From NCBI RefSeq assembly GCF_036321535.1, contig NC_087437.1:102426001-102490000 (forward strand): a stretch of 64,000 nt of DNA. Reading direction: 5' to 3'. The stretch comes from Camelus dromedarius. Lineage: Eukaryota. Every line of letters begins with the position of its first letter. Within the stretch, counting starts at the first letter, position 1. Under the pieces are notes generated by a model that was not told where the DNA came from, made no database searches, and worked only from the letters and a program-made list of their open reading frames with translations. Both the position numbers and the translations under genes were made by a program. Positions 13,903 through 26,660 of this stretch are shown here, in pieces.

Positions 13903-14530
13903 TGTCAACGGAAATAATCAATAAACAATCGACAATAAGAAGAGAACAGAGTTTCATTTGAGCCAAACTGGGGACAATAGCCCAAGATACACAGATTCAA
14001 GAAGCACTTGAACTGTGTTTCGCTGGAGTACAAAATAGGGGAGGCTTATAAAGGCAAATATGTAAAAATACATAAGTTTGTCAAGAATTCTAATTGGACT
14101 GGGCAAGAAGTAAGGGTGCTTGTTAGGTAAGGATTAATTAGGGTCCAAAATGGTTGCATAGTTACAAAGGGAGACCTTGAGATCATAAGGTTACAGCTGG
14201 CAGCTGCTAGCAAATGTTGTTTTAAGAACAACTGGTAGTGTTTTTGAGTCTGATACACTTCAGAAAATTCAAGTTCTTAATAATACAGGAACATGTATAA
14301 AGCCACATCCATAATGGCCACCCAGCACCATTTTAGATGCCAGAAATACAATTACTCCATTTTGATTTTTAAATGCATTCTTTTTTTTTTTTTAATGGTT
14401 AAAGCAGATGTAAAATGCATGTTTAACAGGCCACAAACAGGCTGTTTTTGTTAGCCTAAAGTTCAAGTTAAATCATGTATAAACCAGAATTACTTCCTCA
14501 AACCTCAATGGGTGAACATTTCTTCCGTCA
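13903..14530 (-). mobile_element. Solo ERV1 LTR
   Basis: tgtcaacggaa...ttccgtca inverted ends, 4-bp TSD TACG/TATG (CpG decay). Confidence 0.85.
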
Positions 14531-16559
14531 TATGCTACAGAGAAGTATACTCTAAGATATCCAGATATAGTTCAGGGGGGCTCCTGGTCCAGTATTTCCC
14601 TTCCACTTCTTTGGAATTCTTTGCTTCATATTAGAAAATCTTTGAGCTAAAATTAATTTTTCTAAGTGGTGGAAATTTGCGAATTCATACTTTATTGACT
14701 TAGATCAATGTAATTGGACAGGAATAGTCTAGCAAGGATGTACTATCTATCCTTGCACAGTTTTGATTCTAGACATATATGAACTTCTCCATGAAACTTA
14801 TGAGAGAGCAGAGTAAAATGATGCTACAAAGCTCTTACAGTCCACTAAGCTTGACTTGTTGGATCTAACTACTTTCAAAATAGGATTTCAAAAATTATTC
14901 TCCTTGTGGTTAATTGTATCCCATTCCCTGCATTCATCTTGAAAGTCAAGGAGATAATTTGCCTGGGGTTGAAAACATCATCACATTGCTCTTTATAGGA
15001 TCTATAGCCATATAATTTGAAATAAATTTTAATAAAACACTGAGATAAAAATATCTCCTGAAAGTCAATGCCTGACTAGAACACCAGATATTTTCAAGAA
15101 TAAGAAATTCATGACTTACCCCAACCAAGCTAAACTGCAACTGGAGATAAAATGATGTGGTTGTAGAGAGCCAGTGGATGAAGATGGCTAAAGTATACCC
15201 TTTTAAGAATAAAAGGTTCTAATAACATAGTTTTGGTCCATTTCAAAGTATACTAAATAAAACAGAATTGAATCATAAACATAGGTCTTTCCCTTTTCTA
15301 GGTCACATGTTTGTCACTTAACGCTTCCTAATTTTTCTTTATTTGTTTATTTAGTCAGGAGTATTGCTTCATCTGTGGATTAGGCAATAAGTCAAAACAC
15401 CTATAGATATAATTTTCCTATATTTCTCTCCCTGAAGTCACAGTCTTTCAGTCTGATGGTCTGAAACTTAGTCATATATTATTATTTTCATCTTGGAACT
15501 TTGACATTTCTTCATGAAGTGTTCCATCCTCATTTCCGACTATGACCTCAGCCTGTCCAACATCCGCACTGTCAGTTTTCAGAAGATATGAACTGTAAAC
15601 TCTTATTTTCAGTCACAAATGGAAAAACTTTTTTTCTCTGATTCAGTGATTATTTTGGAACATACATTGCAATAGTGATATTTTTTTCTAGAATATTTCA
15701 GACATCTTAACCTTTTTAGCCCTCTTATCATGATCTATTTATAAATGAGCTACATTTTGAAAACCACACCTGCTAATGGTCATAGTTTCAGGCTTTCATC
15801 CAGGAAATTCAAATAGAGGGAAAGAATCATAAACTCTGAGCAAAACACACAATTTAATAAGGACCATATTTTCTGATACCGTTTCTAATTTTTGATGAGA
15901 CCAACATATACACTTACATACGCATATATGCAGATGTACACATACATACACATATAAAATTAATATGTGAACAGACTCCTCAAATGCAGTGGAAAGATTC
16001 TCAACATGAACTATTTTTTTAGTGACCATCACTTCCATCAAATAGGATTTGCACTGCTGTTCTCACATCTGAAAAGAGAAAATGGAAGTAAGATGACTTT
16101 AAAGGAACATTCACAGTAATCAAGGCAAGAAAATTTTGATTAAAAATAATTGTTTCTTCTTTTATTCTCTTCTCCAAAATTATAGTGAACGTTTTAGACA
16201 ATAGATTATTCACTTTCCTTTTAAGCATATTTTACTGTCAAATGCACCCATTTTAATTCAGACACAAGACAAGAAATATGTATTTACAGGGAAAATAATG
16301 GTAATATAAAACCAAGAGCATTTATTTCCCAAATTGATATTCTGAGACATATAACTTTAGAGCTGTTTATGCAAACTGTCCTTTCTATAAAGTATGGCTT
16401 AAAGGAAAGCCAAAAGAATGTTGAAACTAACATTAACTGCCAAATTTATTTTGCACAAACATGAGATTGAGCAGTCACTTTTCTTGCTCCTTAAAAAAAT
16501 GTCAGGAAAGAAAAAAAAGTAAGATAATATCCTAAATAAAAATCATATCTCCAAACCCA

Positions 16560-18070
16560 TAGTTTTTTTTTTACATTTTGACTTTTAATCTTGAAGTTTA
16601 ACATACCTATTGAAAATTACACAAATCAATTTTTGGCTTATTTTTTTTTTAATAAAGGTAACTCACTCAGATAGCTAACCCCCATGTTGAGAAACAGGGT
16701 ATTACCAGCAACCCAGAAGACCTCGCAAACCCATTCTCAATTACTACAGGCCCTGAAAAATACCTACTAACCTGTCTTTCAAATTTTTAGGTTTGTTTTG
16801 CTTATTTTTAAGCTATATAAATCAATTATAAAGTGGTTTTTCTTTTGTTTCTTGCTTCTTTCCCTCAAGTTTAAGAGTTCAGATCTGTTGCTAATCTGTT
16901 GCTAATCATGTAACAGTGATTCAGTCATTCTCATTAATATATATGTATGAATTAATATGTAAATCTTCCACAGTTCACTTGATTATTCCGTTAGTGATAG
17001 ACATTTTAATGTCTTTCAGTGAACATTCATACATAGAATTAGAATTTCTGAAACCTAGGGTATGATTTTGATGGAATTGCCAGTTTTCTGAAAACTTTTT
17101 TTAACAAATTTATTCTCACATCAACAGTAGCTCTATATCCTGATTAACTTTTAGCATTTTCCCACATTTCATTTCAGTCGTTCTGGATGGTGGCTAATGA
17201 ATCTGGTTGCCTTGTAATATGTGTATTGATCATTTTGATATCCTCCTCTGAAAAGTGTTCATTAAGTATTTTCTCTATGTTTCTATTGGATTGCCTGTAT
17301 TTCTCTCAATTATTATAGTTCTTTTTATAGTCTGGGTATTGGGGCTTTGTAAGTAATATATATTGTAAATATCTCCTCCCATTTGGTGGCTTTTCTTTCA
17401 TTCCAAGATATTCTTTAATAATCAGTTCCTAATCTTAATGAAATCCAATATATCTATTTGTACTTTTATGGACAGCAGATTTGTGTCTAGTTTTAAAAAT
17501 TATTTCCTATCCCAAAGCCAAGATAATATTATCTTATATTTTTCTGTAAAAGCTTGCTCTATTTACCTTTTACCTTTAGATCAATAATCCACTTAGGACT
17601 GGCATTTCTTTATGTGATCTGGAGTACAAGTTTCATTTTTCACATGTGGCTATCCAATTGACCCAGCACTATTTCCCATCCCAGCTCCATAGCGTCATCA
17701 TTTCCATAAATCAACTTGTAATATGTGTGTGGGTCTATGTCTGGATTCTGTCATGCTTCATTAGCCTATTTATGTACATGCCAATACCACACTCTCTTAA
17801 ATTTTTCCTTTCAAACCTCAATACCTGATATGTTCTGGCCTCATTTTCTTTCTTAAACTTTCTTTGTTAGTCTTAGATTAATTATTCTTGTCCATTTGTA
17901 TTTCTATATATATTTTATAACAATGTTATCAGTTTTCACAAAAACCTACTGAAGTTTTATTTAGGATTTATTTGAAAATATGAATCAATTTTTAATGAAT
18001 GGACATTATTACAATGTACATGATGTAGTCTATAATTTATTATTTTGCAATTTCTGTAAGTATATTACTT
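16560..18070 (-). mobile_element. Old L1 (L1MC/ME-like) 3' portion
   Basis: T-rich antisense ORF2/3'UTR motifs (tatccaattgacccagcac, atgccaataccacac). Confidence 0.7.
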
Positions 18071-18134
18071 CATCAAATTATTAAGAGAAGATCTTCATAA
18101 GTTTAAATTTCAAGTTACTTTAGCCAAGTTAGGG

Positions 18135-18797
18135 ATGTTTAAAAATATGTTTCGACTTAATAAGAAACAACCAAACAAACCAATCCAAAAATGGGCAAAA
18201 GACCTAAACAAGCAATTCTCCAAGGAATACATACAAATGGCCAATAGGCAAATAAGATGCTCAACATTATTAATTATTAGAAAAATGCAAATCAAAACTA
18301 TAATGAGGTATCACCTCACACCAGTCAGAATGGCCATCATTCAAAAATCCACAAATGACAAATGCTGGAGAGGCTGTGGAGAAAGGGGAACCCTCCTACA
18401 CTACTGGTGGGAACACAGTTTGGTGCATCCACTGTGGAAAACAGTATGGAGATTCCTCAAAAGACCAGAAATAGACTTACCGTATAACCCAGGAATCTTG
18501 CTCCTGGGCATATATCCAGGAAGAACCCTACTTCAGGATGACACCTGCAACCCAATGTTCATAGCAGCACTATTTACAATAGCCAAGACATTGAGACAGC
18601 CTAAATGTCCATCAACAGATGACTGGATAAAGAAGAAGTGGTATATTTATACAATGGAATACTACTCAGCCATAAAAACCGACAACATAACGCCATTTGC
18701 AGCAACATGGATGCTCCTGAAGAATGTCATTCTAAGTGAAGTAAGCCAGAAAGAGAAAGAAAAATACCATATGAGATCACTCATATGTGGAATCTAA
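18135..18797 (+). pseudogene. L1 ORF2p C-terminal fragment (220-aa open frame)
   Basis: [10 protein letters not shown]...[12 protein letters not shown]...CWRGCGERGTLLH...TMEYYSAIK; start codon comes from flanking DNA. Confidence 0.9.
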
Positions 18798-19114
18798 AAA
18801 AAAAAAACCAAAGCATAAATACAGAACAGAAACAGATTCATAGACATAGAATACAAACTTGTGGTTGCCAAGGGGGCGGGGGTTGGGAAGGGATAGACTG
18901 GGATTTCAAAATTTTAGAATAGATAAATAAGATTATACTGTATAGCACAGGGAAATATACACAAGATCTTATGGTAGCTCACAGAGAAAAAAATGTGACA
19001 ATGAATATATATATATGTTCATGTATAACTGAAAAATTGTGCTCTACACTGGAATTTGACACAACATTGTAAAATGATTATAAATCAATAAAAAATGTTT
19101 AAAAATAAAAAAAT
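18153..19114 (+). mobile_element. Young lineage-specific 5'-truncated L1
   Basis: Perfect 12-bp TSD AAAAATATGTTT (18141-18152/19115-19126) at a TT/AAAA site; uninterrupted ORF2 C-terminus; A tail. Confidence 0.95.
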
Positions 19115-19494
19115 AAAAATATGTTTTAATGAATGTACATGAATGATTGGGCTTTCAAGTATCAGACCATTCTGTAAGTAGAAAGGTACTGCGTCTTATT
19201 TTATAGTTTAAGGTGGAAAAAAATGGAAGCTTATATAAGCATGTAAAGTTCAACAAATTCTTCCAATTTTGTGGTTTATCTTTATTCTTACCTTAGATCT
19301 AAATAAGTATATTAAATTAAAAAAAAAAAAAACACCAGAACTCAAAAGATTCTTCTAGAGAAGACAGAAGAGAGAAAAACTGTTTAGATGCTTTCTAGTA
19401 TAGTGGTCCCTAGTTATTACTAAATTATCTAGTTGAACACTGTATGGAGATAATAGTAAAATTAATTTTATCAGAATATACCAAACTCATGTAA

Positions 19495-20470
19495 CTGAAT
19501 ATATAAAAAAAAAAAAGTCTGATTAAAAATGAGCAGAGGACCTGAATAGGCATTTTTTTTTTCCAAAGAAGACATACAAATGGCCAACAGGCATAAGAAA
19601 AAACTGCTTAACATCACTAATCATCAGATAAATACCAATCCAAACCACAATGAGATGTCATCCCACACCTGTCAGAAGAGCTATCATAAAACAGACAAGA
19701 GGTAACAAGTGTTAGTGTGGATGTGGAGAAAAAGGAATACTAGTACACTGTTGATGGGAATATAAATTGGTGCAGCCACCCTGGAAAATAGAATGGAGGG
19801 TCCTCAAAAAAGAAAAACAGGATTACTATATTATCAGCAATTTCACCCTCTAGGACATTTATCTGAAGAAAATGAAACTACTAATTTGAAAAGATAAATG
19901 CACCCCAATATTTACAGCAACACTATTTATAATAGCCAACATATGTAAGCATTCTAACTGCCATTGACAAATAAGTGGATAAAATAAATGAGACATATAT
20001 ACATGGTGGAATATGACACAGCCATAAAACTATGAATTGTTGCCATTTCCAACAACATGGATGGATCTGGAGAGTGTTATGCTCAGTGAAATAAATCAGA
20101 CAGAGAAAGAAAAATGCCCTGTTTTCACTTATATGTAATCTAAAAAAAACCAAACAAATTTATAAATATAACAAAATAGAAACAGACCTACAGATACAGA
20201 AGATAAACATAAACAGACTAAATGCTCCAACCAAAAGACAGGGAGTTCGAGATTTACAGATACTAACTACTATATATAAAATAGATAAACAGCAAGGTCC
20301 TATGGTACAGCACAAGGAACTATATTCAATATTCTGTAATAAACAATAATGGAAAAGAAAATGAAAAATAATATATATGTGTGCAATATATATGTATATA
20401 TGTGACTGAATCACTTTGCTGTATATCAGAAACTAACAATACTGTAAATTAACTATACTTAAATAAAATT
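19495..20470 (+). mobile_element. 5'-truncated L1 3' end
   Basis: Degenerate ORF2 C-terminus and 3'UTR ending aactatacttaaataaaa. Confidence 0.85.
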
Positions 20471-23400
20471 TTTTGAAAGTTATATTTCAAGTTTTTGACT
20501 TTCTTTACAATGTAGAAAATGCCAACATGATCATGCCATACTATAACTTTTTTTTTTTGCTTTAAATTAAATGTGTGCACTAGCCATCTAATGATTAAGT
20601 AAAATCCCTATTCTTATAACTTAGAAATCCTGTAACAAATCTTTTCTTTGTGCCAACATCATCAGTGTTATGAATTGTTTAATCAAAGCTTTATATCTTT
20701 CTCTACTCTGGTTAATGTTTAATTCGCTGAATAGCTGCCAAAATATGGCATTGAAACATGATAACTCTTTAAACTTATCATCACCTTCTTCAGGACAGAA
20801 ATTTTTGAGAAATAATAGCTTATTTATGGAAAAGAAATACTCCTCTTCTGACATGTTATATTAGATAACAGAGAAAATATATGAGAAGAAGAGAAAGAGA
20901 TAATATATTATTTTATTTCATTTAGTGCACATTTTGTTATTTTATTCAGTGCACATTTTTAAGCTCTGTCAATTTTTAGAAGCTAAACAGATTAAAATAA
21001 GTTAAATATCTTAGAATATCAATTCCCTTGTGTATAGAAAGAAAACCTAATGTTATTCCATGTTTCCAAGATACTAATTAAAGGGTGTATTTTAATTTTT
21101 TTCCAGTTTATGCCCCATTTGAATCTGATGAGCCAATCTAACTTCGCAGGAAACTAATAATTTTTCCTTTTTGTTTAGTCAGTAGATCATTGCAGGAAAC
21201 ATATTTATACCATTTTGTGATGATATATTCCAGCTTATAAATATAATTTAATATTGTTTCCATTTAATAAGAGAAATTACTATTCTGTATTTGGTATAGT
21301 GGAAATACGTATTACTGAAGTTATAATTTTGTCTAAACTGTATAATGTAAAATAGTTACATTTTCCAAAACATAAAAGCTTCTTCAATAATATTTGTACA
21401 ATTCCAGACTTCACACTGTATTACTGTATTAAAAGTTCTCTCAAATCACAAAGCAGAAATTATATGGTTGACAGACCAACTTTGATTCCTCAAGTGCACT
21501 TCAGATGGTGTCAGACAATGGTGAAAAGCCTTTTTTGAAAAAGGATAATCCATTCAGTGCTACTTTTAACAAGGCCCTCTTGTGTTTCATACATGCTGAT
21601 AAAACAGGAATAAAGTGAATAATATGAAAACTTTTGCTTTCAAAAGAAAGCAAAAATCAAAATCAAAACCTGGACCCCTCTCTAAGGTTATAATCAGCTG
21701 TCTTCCACAACTTCTTCTTTCTGGACTTCCATTCTGAATATTTCCTAACCAGTGGATTAGCCTTTTGCCAGAAAGGCCATTCTGGCTTGGTAAATAAATA
21801 TTCTTTATATAAGCTAACTATGCTGTGATGAGTTTTAGTAAATCACTTACATACTTTCAATGCTTATGTTTGAATTGAAATATGCCAATGCTTTTACTTT
21901 GCTACATTAAAGTATGCATGAATAAAAGGAATTGACTATATGTTATTAATTTAGTGGAATTTGATATAATGCAGATATATCTAACCATTCAAAAAGTGTT
22001 GGAACTGAATTAATAAAAGCTCTTTGTTATTACATATTATATTACCTACATATATCTTAAAAGTATAATGTGGTGTTCCCTTGGAAATGCAATTTTGTTT
22101 CAATTGTGAATGTGTTTTAAACACATTTTGGAAAGTAATCACACACAGTGATGTCATTTCATCATTTTTAATGAAAATCTATTTTTAACATCTCGAATGT
22201 GTACTGAATTTTTAGTAGATCAATATTCACTGTATAAGAAAATTAAATTAAAAAGTTATATTATGAACCCTAGGTAAAGAATCTTAATATATAAAAGATT
22301 TTTTACCTGCATGTTGGTAACACAACATGAGCCAGAAGTTCAGTGCTAGGGCAGAGATCACTGTTTCGTTTTTTCCTTCAATGTAACAAGTCGGGGAAAG
22401 AAAAAAAAAAAAAAGATAAATAAAGGGTTAGAATGACTAGAGCAAGTGTGGGAGAATCAGACTTTAGCCCAGTAGGATATGGTCAAGCATATAAAATATT
22501 TTAGTTATTGATGGCAGATGAAAATCAAATATTTGAATATGAAGGTGATTGGCGAAATCATCAAATTTAGAAAGTATGAAAGAAAAATACAAATCTGATT
22601 GCAAACCTTACTCATCTCCAACCTAGAACCTCTCAAGCACTGTAACATTCAAAAGACGTGACTCCAACAGTAATGTTGTGCTATTGATTCTCTCAACTCT
22701 TACAGTGGTCAGTGGGGCTTGGGGCTTTCAGGGTTCATGGAATTATTGCTTTTACTAGAGTTTGCCTCTTCCATTTGTCTAACACACTGTTATTTTCTCA
22801 GTGAGCTGTGATATGAAAAACACTAGGGAGAAATGTTCTAAGTTGCTAAAGAAGACAGAGATCCCAACTCTGTGTTAAGAAGCCTAAAACAGTTAAGAGC
22901 TTTCAGAATAGATTATCATGTCTTCAAAGTTCTTGAAATATTCTACCTCTCTGCATTCCAGTTAGAGAAAAATCTCTCTTTCTCGCTCTGCCCTTCTCTA
23001 TTTTGTACCTCTCCTCATTTTTACTTCCATAGCTGATCAAAACCAGACACTTCTGTTTCTATTCTTGAATAATGTTTAGTTCTGCACTCTGATATATTGC
23101 ATTTACAATTACAAGTATGATGTTCAATATTTGCATTTTTTAAAGGGAGAACAATATTTGGAGAGTGGAGGCAAAAGCAAGGATATCTGATTCTAAAACA
23201 GACACTTCTGAACTTGAAAGTGGAACCAAAATTACAAGAAACGAAATGCTCCTTATCTAAACACCATCAGATTGGGGCACATGCATAACCATGAACAGGA
23301 TTTTAGCTGTGGCTTGGCATATCCACAGTTCTTCTCCCAGATGGCCTCTGCCCATATCCCCAACAAAAAATGATGAAATAATAAAGCAGATACAGCATGA

Positions 23401-24120
23401 ATACAGAGTGTAGTAGATCAGAATATAATGTGGTTGTGGCTGTTGTTAACCTAAGACTGGAGCAACTAGAATGCTAAAACTGAGGGGGTGTGGAAACTTT
23501 GGGTCCCTTAGGACAGCCTGCTCCTTCAGCCTCCTTGTTCATTTTGCTCTGACCACACTAGCCTGCTTACTGATCTGTGTGTTCACCAGACGGGGTCACA
23601 GTTTAGAGTTCATTGTGTTTCTTTTGTTTTACATATTACACCCTAAAAACCTTGGACAGAGAGGTGTTTGTTAATAGATGATCAATACATAATATGAGAC
23701 AGTGTCTGTCACTCCATTAGGTGTTATACTCAACTTAAGATACATATAGTTACAGTAAAACAGTCACAAATCTGACTTTGAAAATTTCCTAAGGTTTACT
23801 GACCTTAGGTTCAAGGAAAGAGTGCAATGCAGGGTCACAGATCTAGTTTTAACATGTAAATGCCTGAGCTAACTTTTCACCACTCACTAATTTTGTAATT
23901 CCTTTTTAATTCCTTCCTAGTTTACCTCACTACCACATATTGATTCCGTATCTGAGTCAACACTCGAAGGCTTTATCATGAACAATAGTAAACGGGATGC
24001 TTTCCTTTGAGATCTGATCATAGGCCCTGCTTTCTGAGTTCAGGCTCTTCACTTCTGGGAATATAAAACGTGGCCCACTTGCATTTGAGATGCTGTTGCT
24101 TCACTACTGCCTGGGGAGGT

Positions 24121-24528
24121 TTCTGGGTGTGATCTGAAACCAGCCCTACTAAGCAGAGGGCAGGGAGAGATGAAAAATAGGCAGACCACTCCAGATTGGT
24201 AGGTGGAAGGTTTAGCAAGCAAGGGAATTTAGTTAAGAGGCTTGACTGGAGTGGCCACAAGTTGAAGAGATTTTTGCACCTGCCTGCCAGAATCTTAAAA
24301 ATTTATATAAGGGCGTTTGCTGGGTTTAGTCACATACCCAGTTCACTTAATCATCTCAACACCACATTTCTATTTCAAGGTTGCATCCCTGTAGCAGCTT
24401 CTGGGAACAGGCAAGACAAGAAGATTGTACATTCCAAGGACAGAGCAGAGGGTGGAGAACCTCCAATTGCCCAGGTCCAGCTAGAGGGTCAACTGGTGGT
24501 CACAACTTCTTGATGACTTCCTCCTACA
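24121..24528 (-). mobile_element. Old LTR (ERVL-like, MER74/MER54 group, tentative)
   Basis: gcagaccactcc motif, minus-strand TATA (ttatataa ~24303), tcctcctaca end. Confidence 0.55.
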
Positions 24529-26109
24529 GAAGCATGCACTCCCCACATCCCTGCACCATGGGTGTTTCTTGCTTAATCACTGCAATATTCCAATACTGTC
24601 CATGTTACTTTAAGAATGAAAATAAAATTGAATATATCCTATATGGAAATGTATTAGCTTTTAAAGATTCCAACAATAATCACAAACACGGAATTATCTA
24701 TAGGGAAAAATGCTGAATGGAAAAACAAAAACAGAAAATGTAGCTATTCATTATAGAGTAAACATCCAGAAGACAAAAAGAAGCAGACTACAGAGCAGAC
24801 TAGGAAAGGTTTATGATAGCAACCAAAACAAATACTTGTAGTATACCTGACATTTTCAAGGAGAAGTGCAGGATAACACCAGAATTTGCACTATTGTTGC
24901 CACATACACTGGTTGATAGTACAGCTGACCCCATCTCTTTCTGTGCATCCCTCTTCATAAGCCTCTGCAACAATAAAGCTCTGAATGCTTTCGTGATATA
25001 AGGTGGTCTGTGATGTCTGTGATATTGAGTTGTGAGCAAACTAACAATGTTTTGATTCCTTGGAATTTCAAAATATTTAAACAAATCATTTTTCAACAGT
25101 ATGTTTGAAGTTTTAAAAGATTGCTAAAAAATAAGTGCTTTTATTTAAGGGTGACTGTTGGACTTTTTTTTTTCCTATTAGACAAAAGCCACTAATAAGA
25201 AAATTTCCATAGTTCACATCATGTTTTCATGTGTAGATAAAAGTCACTAGATTTGCCAAAAAAAAAAAAAAAATTACATCTACCTTGAATTTTCATGATT
25301 TATAAAAACCTTGTAGTTTTTTGAATAGAGCTATGTCACTGATATTAAAATTGGCAGTCTTAATGGGATTTCTTTTATTTGACAAACATATTGTGTTCAA
25401 GGTTAATAATACATTTCAGCAACACGCATAGTGTGCTTGGCAGATGTGTGCTCCGTTTCATCATTTTGATAGGCAGATCCTATTCTTCTTCTCTTCACAA
25501 TAAGTAAAATCCTGCCAAAAGCCAACATTCTGAATTGCCTTAAAATTCATTTTAATGTAAATTTAAATAAAACACTTTTTTTTTCTCTTGCTACAAGATT
25601 AGCTAGCCAGTCTCTGTAAGAAAACTGGTTGGCAGGAAAGGAAGTGGGTGATTTTAATAGAAGGCATTACAAAACAATGAATAGGATACAATTATACTAC
25701 ATGTTTGGTGGAAAATTTTTGAAAGGTTTAATTTTTAGGGGAAGAGAGAAGGGTCTATTGAGACTGTCACGGTTAAAATAGAATTCTAGGGTATCTTTTA
25801 ATCAGCAAAAACATGCTATTAAATTTGAGTCCTAGTATTAAAACTCTGAAAGGACATTCCAAGAAAGTCACAGCTTTCAAAACGTAGCTGTTTCAAAACA
25901 GGCACACTGTGCCTTGTTACTGACGTTGATCACAAATATACTCGTAAAAGCAATCTTCTTATCAATCCACACATGAAACAATTAATGTTGGAACTCAACA
26001 TTTTTCTCCTGATTAAAACGAATACAAATGAGCCTCCTTCACAAAGGTTATGATACTGGAGGCTCACTTTGTTTGACAACAAATACTGCAAAAAAATCAC
26101 CTGCCCGAA

Positions 26110-26660
26110 GTTAACAAATATTTATTGAGCTTTTGCCACGTGCCAGCTTCAATGCCAGTTACTGGGAAACAGACTCAAATATGTTTCCTACTGATAAGAA
26201 TCTTATAGTCTATCTGGAGAGTAAATCAGTGAAACTAAAATAGTGTAATTTCTTGTCTGATAGTTTTGCGTAAGTTTGGATGTGTGGGCATAAAGGCAGC
26301 TGTCTACCTTGTACTGAAATTTGTAGAATTGTTTTCCAGAGGCAGTATCTCTTGAAGTAATTTTTAAACAGCGAATAGGAATCATCCTTATCGTATTCTT
26401 TGTTTAGAATAGCCTGGAAACAGTATGTCCCCTTTGGATTATTACAATGACTTTCATAAACCTAAAGCAAATACTATATATAGGGGAGATATTCAAAATA
26501 GGATTGGGGAGGTAAGCAATAGGTAGATCATGAAATAACTTGTGTGCAAAGCTGATTTGCAAATTGTTATAAATGTTATAGAGAATAGTCATTAAAGGAT
26601 TGTAAGCTCAGTAAATTTTGGTCATTCTTGATGGACCAGTTTCTCCAATGTGGACCTGGA
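26110..26660 (-). mobile_element. L2 fragment
   Basis: aacaaatatttattgagc...tgccag 3'-end motif. Confidence 0.5.

Noticed and set aside
16882..16906. 11-bp tandem repeat atctgttgcta x2
   Set aside because: Ordinary slippage inside an old L1
20621..20864. Overlapping 77-aa and 64-aa ORFs in unique DNA
   Set aside because: No recognisable domain and no convincing splice sites; the lengths are within chance expectation
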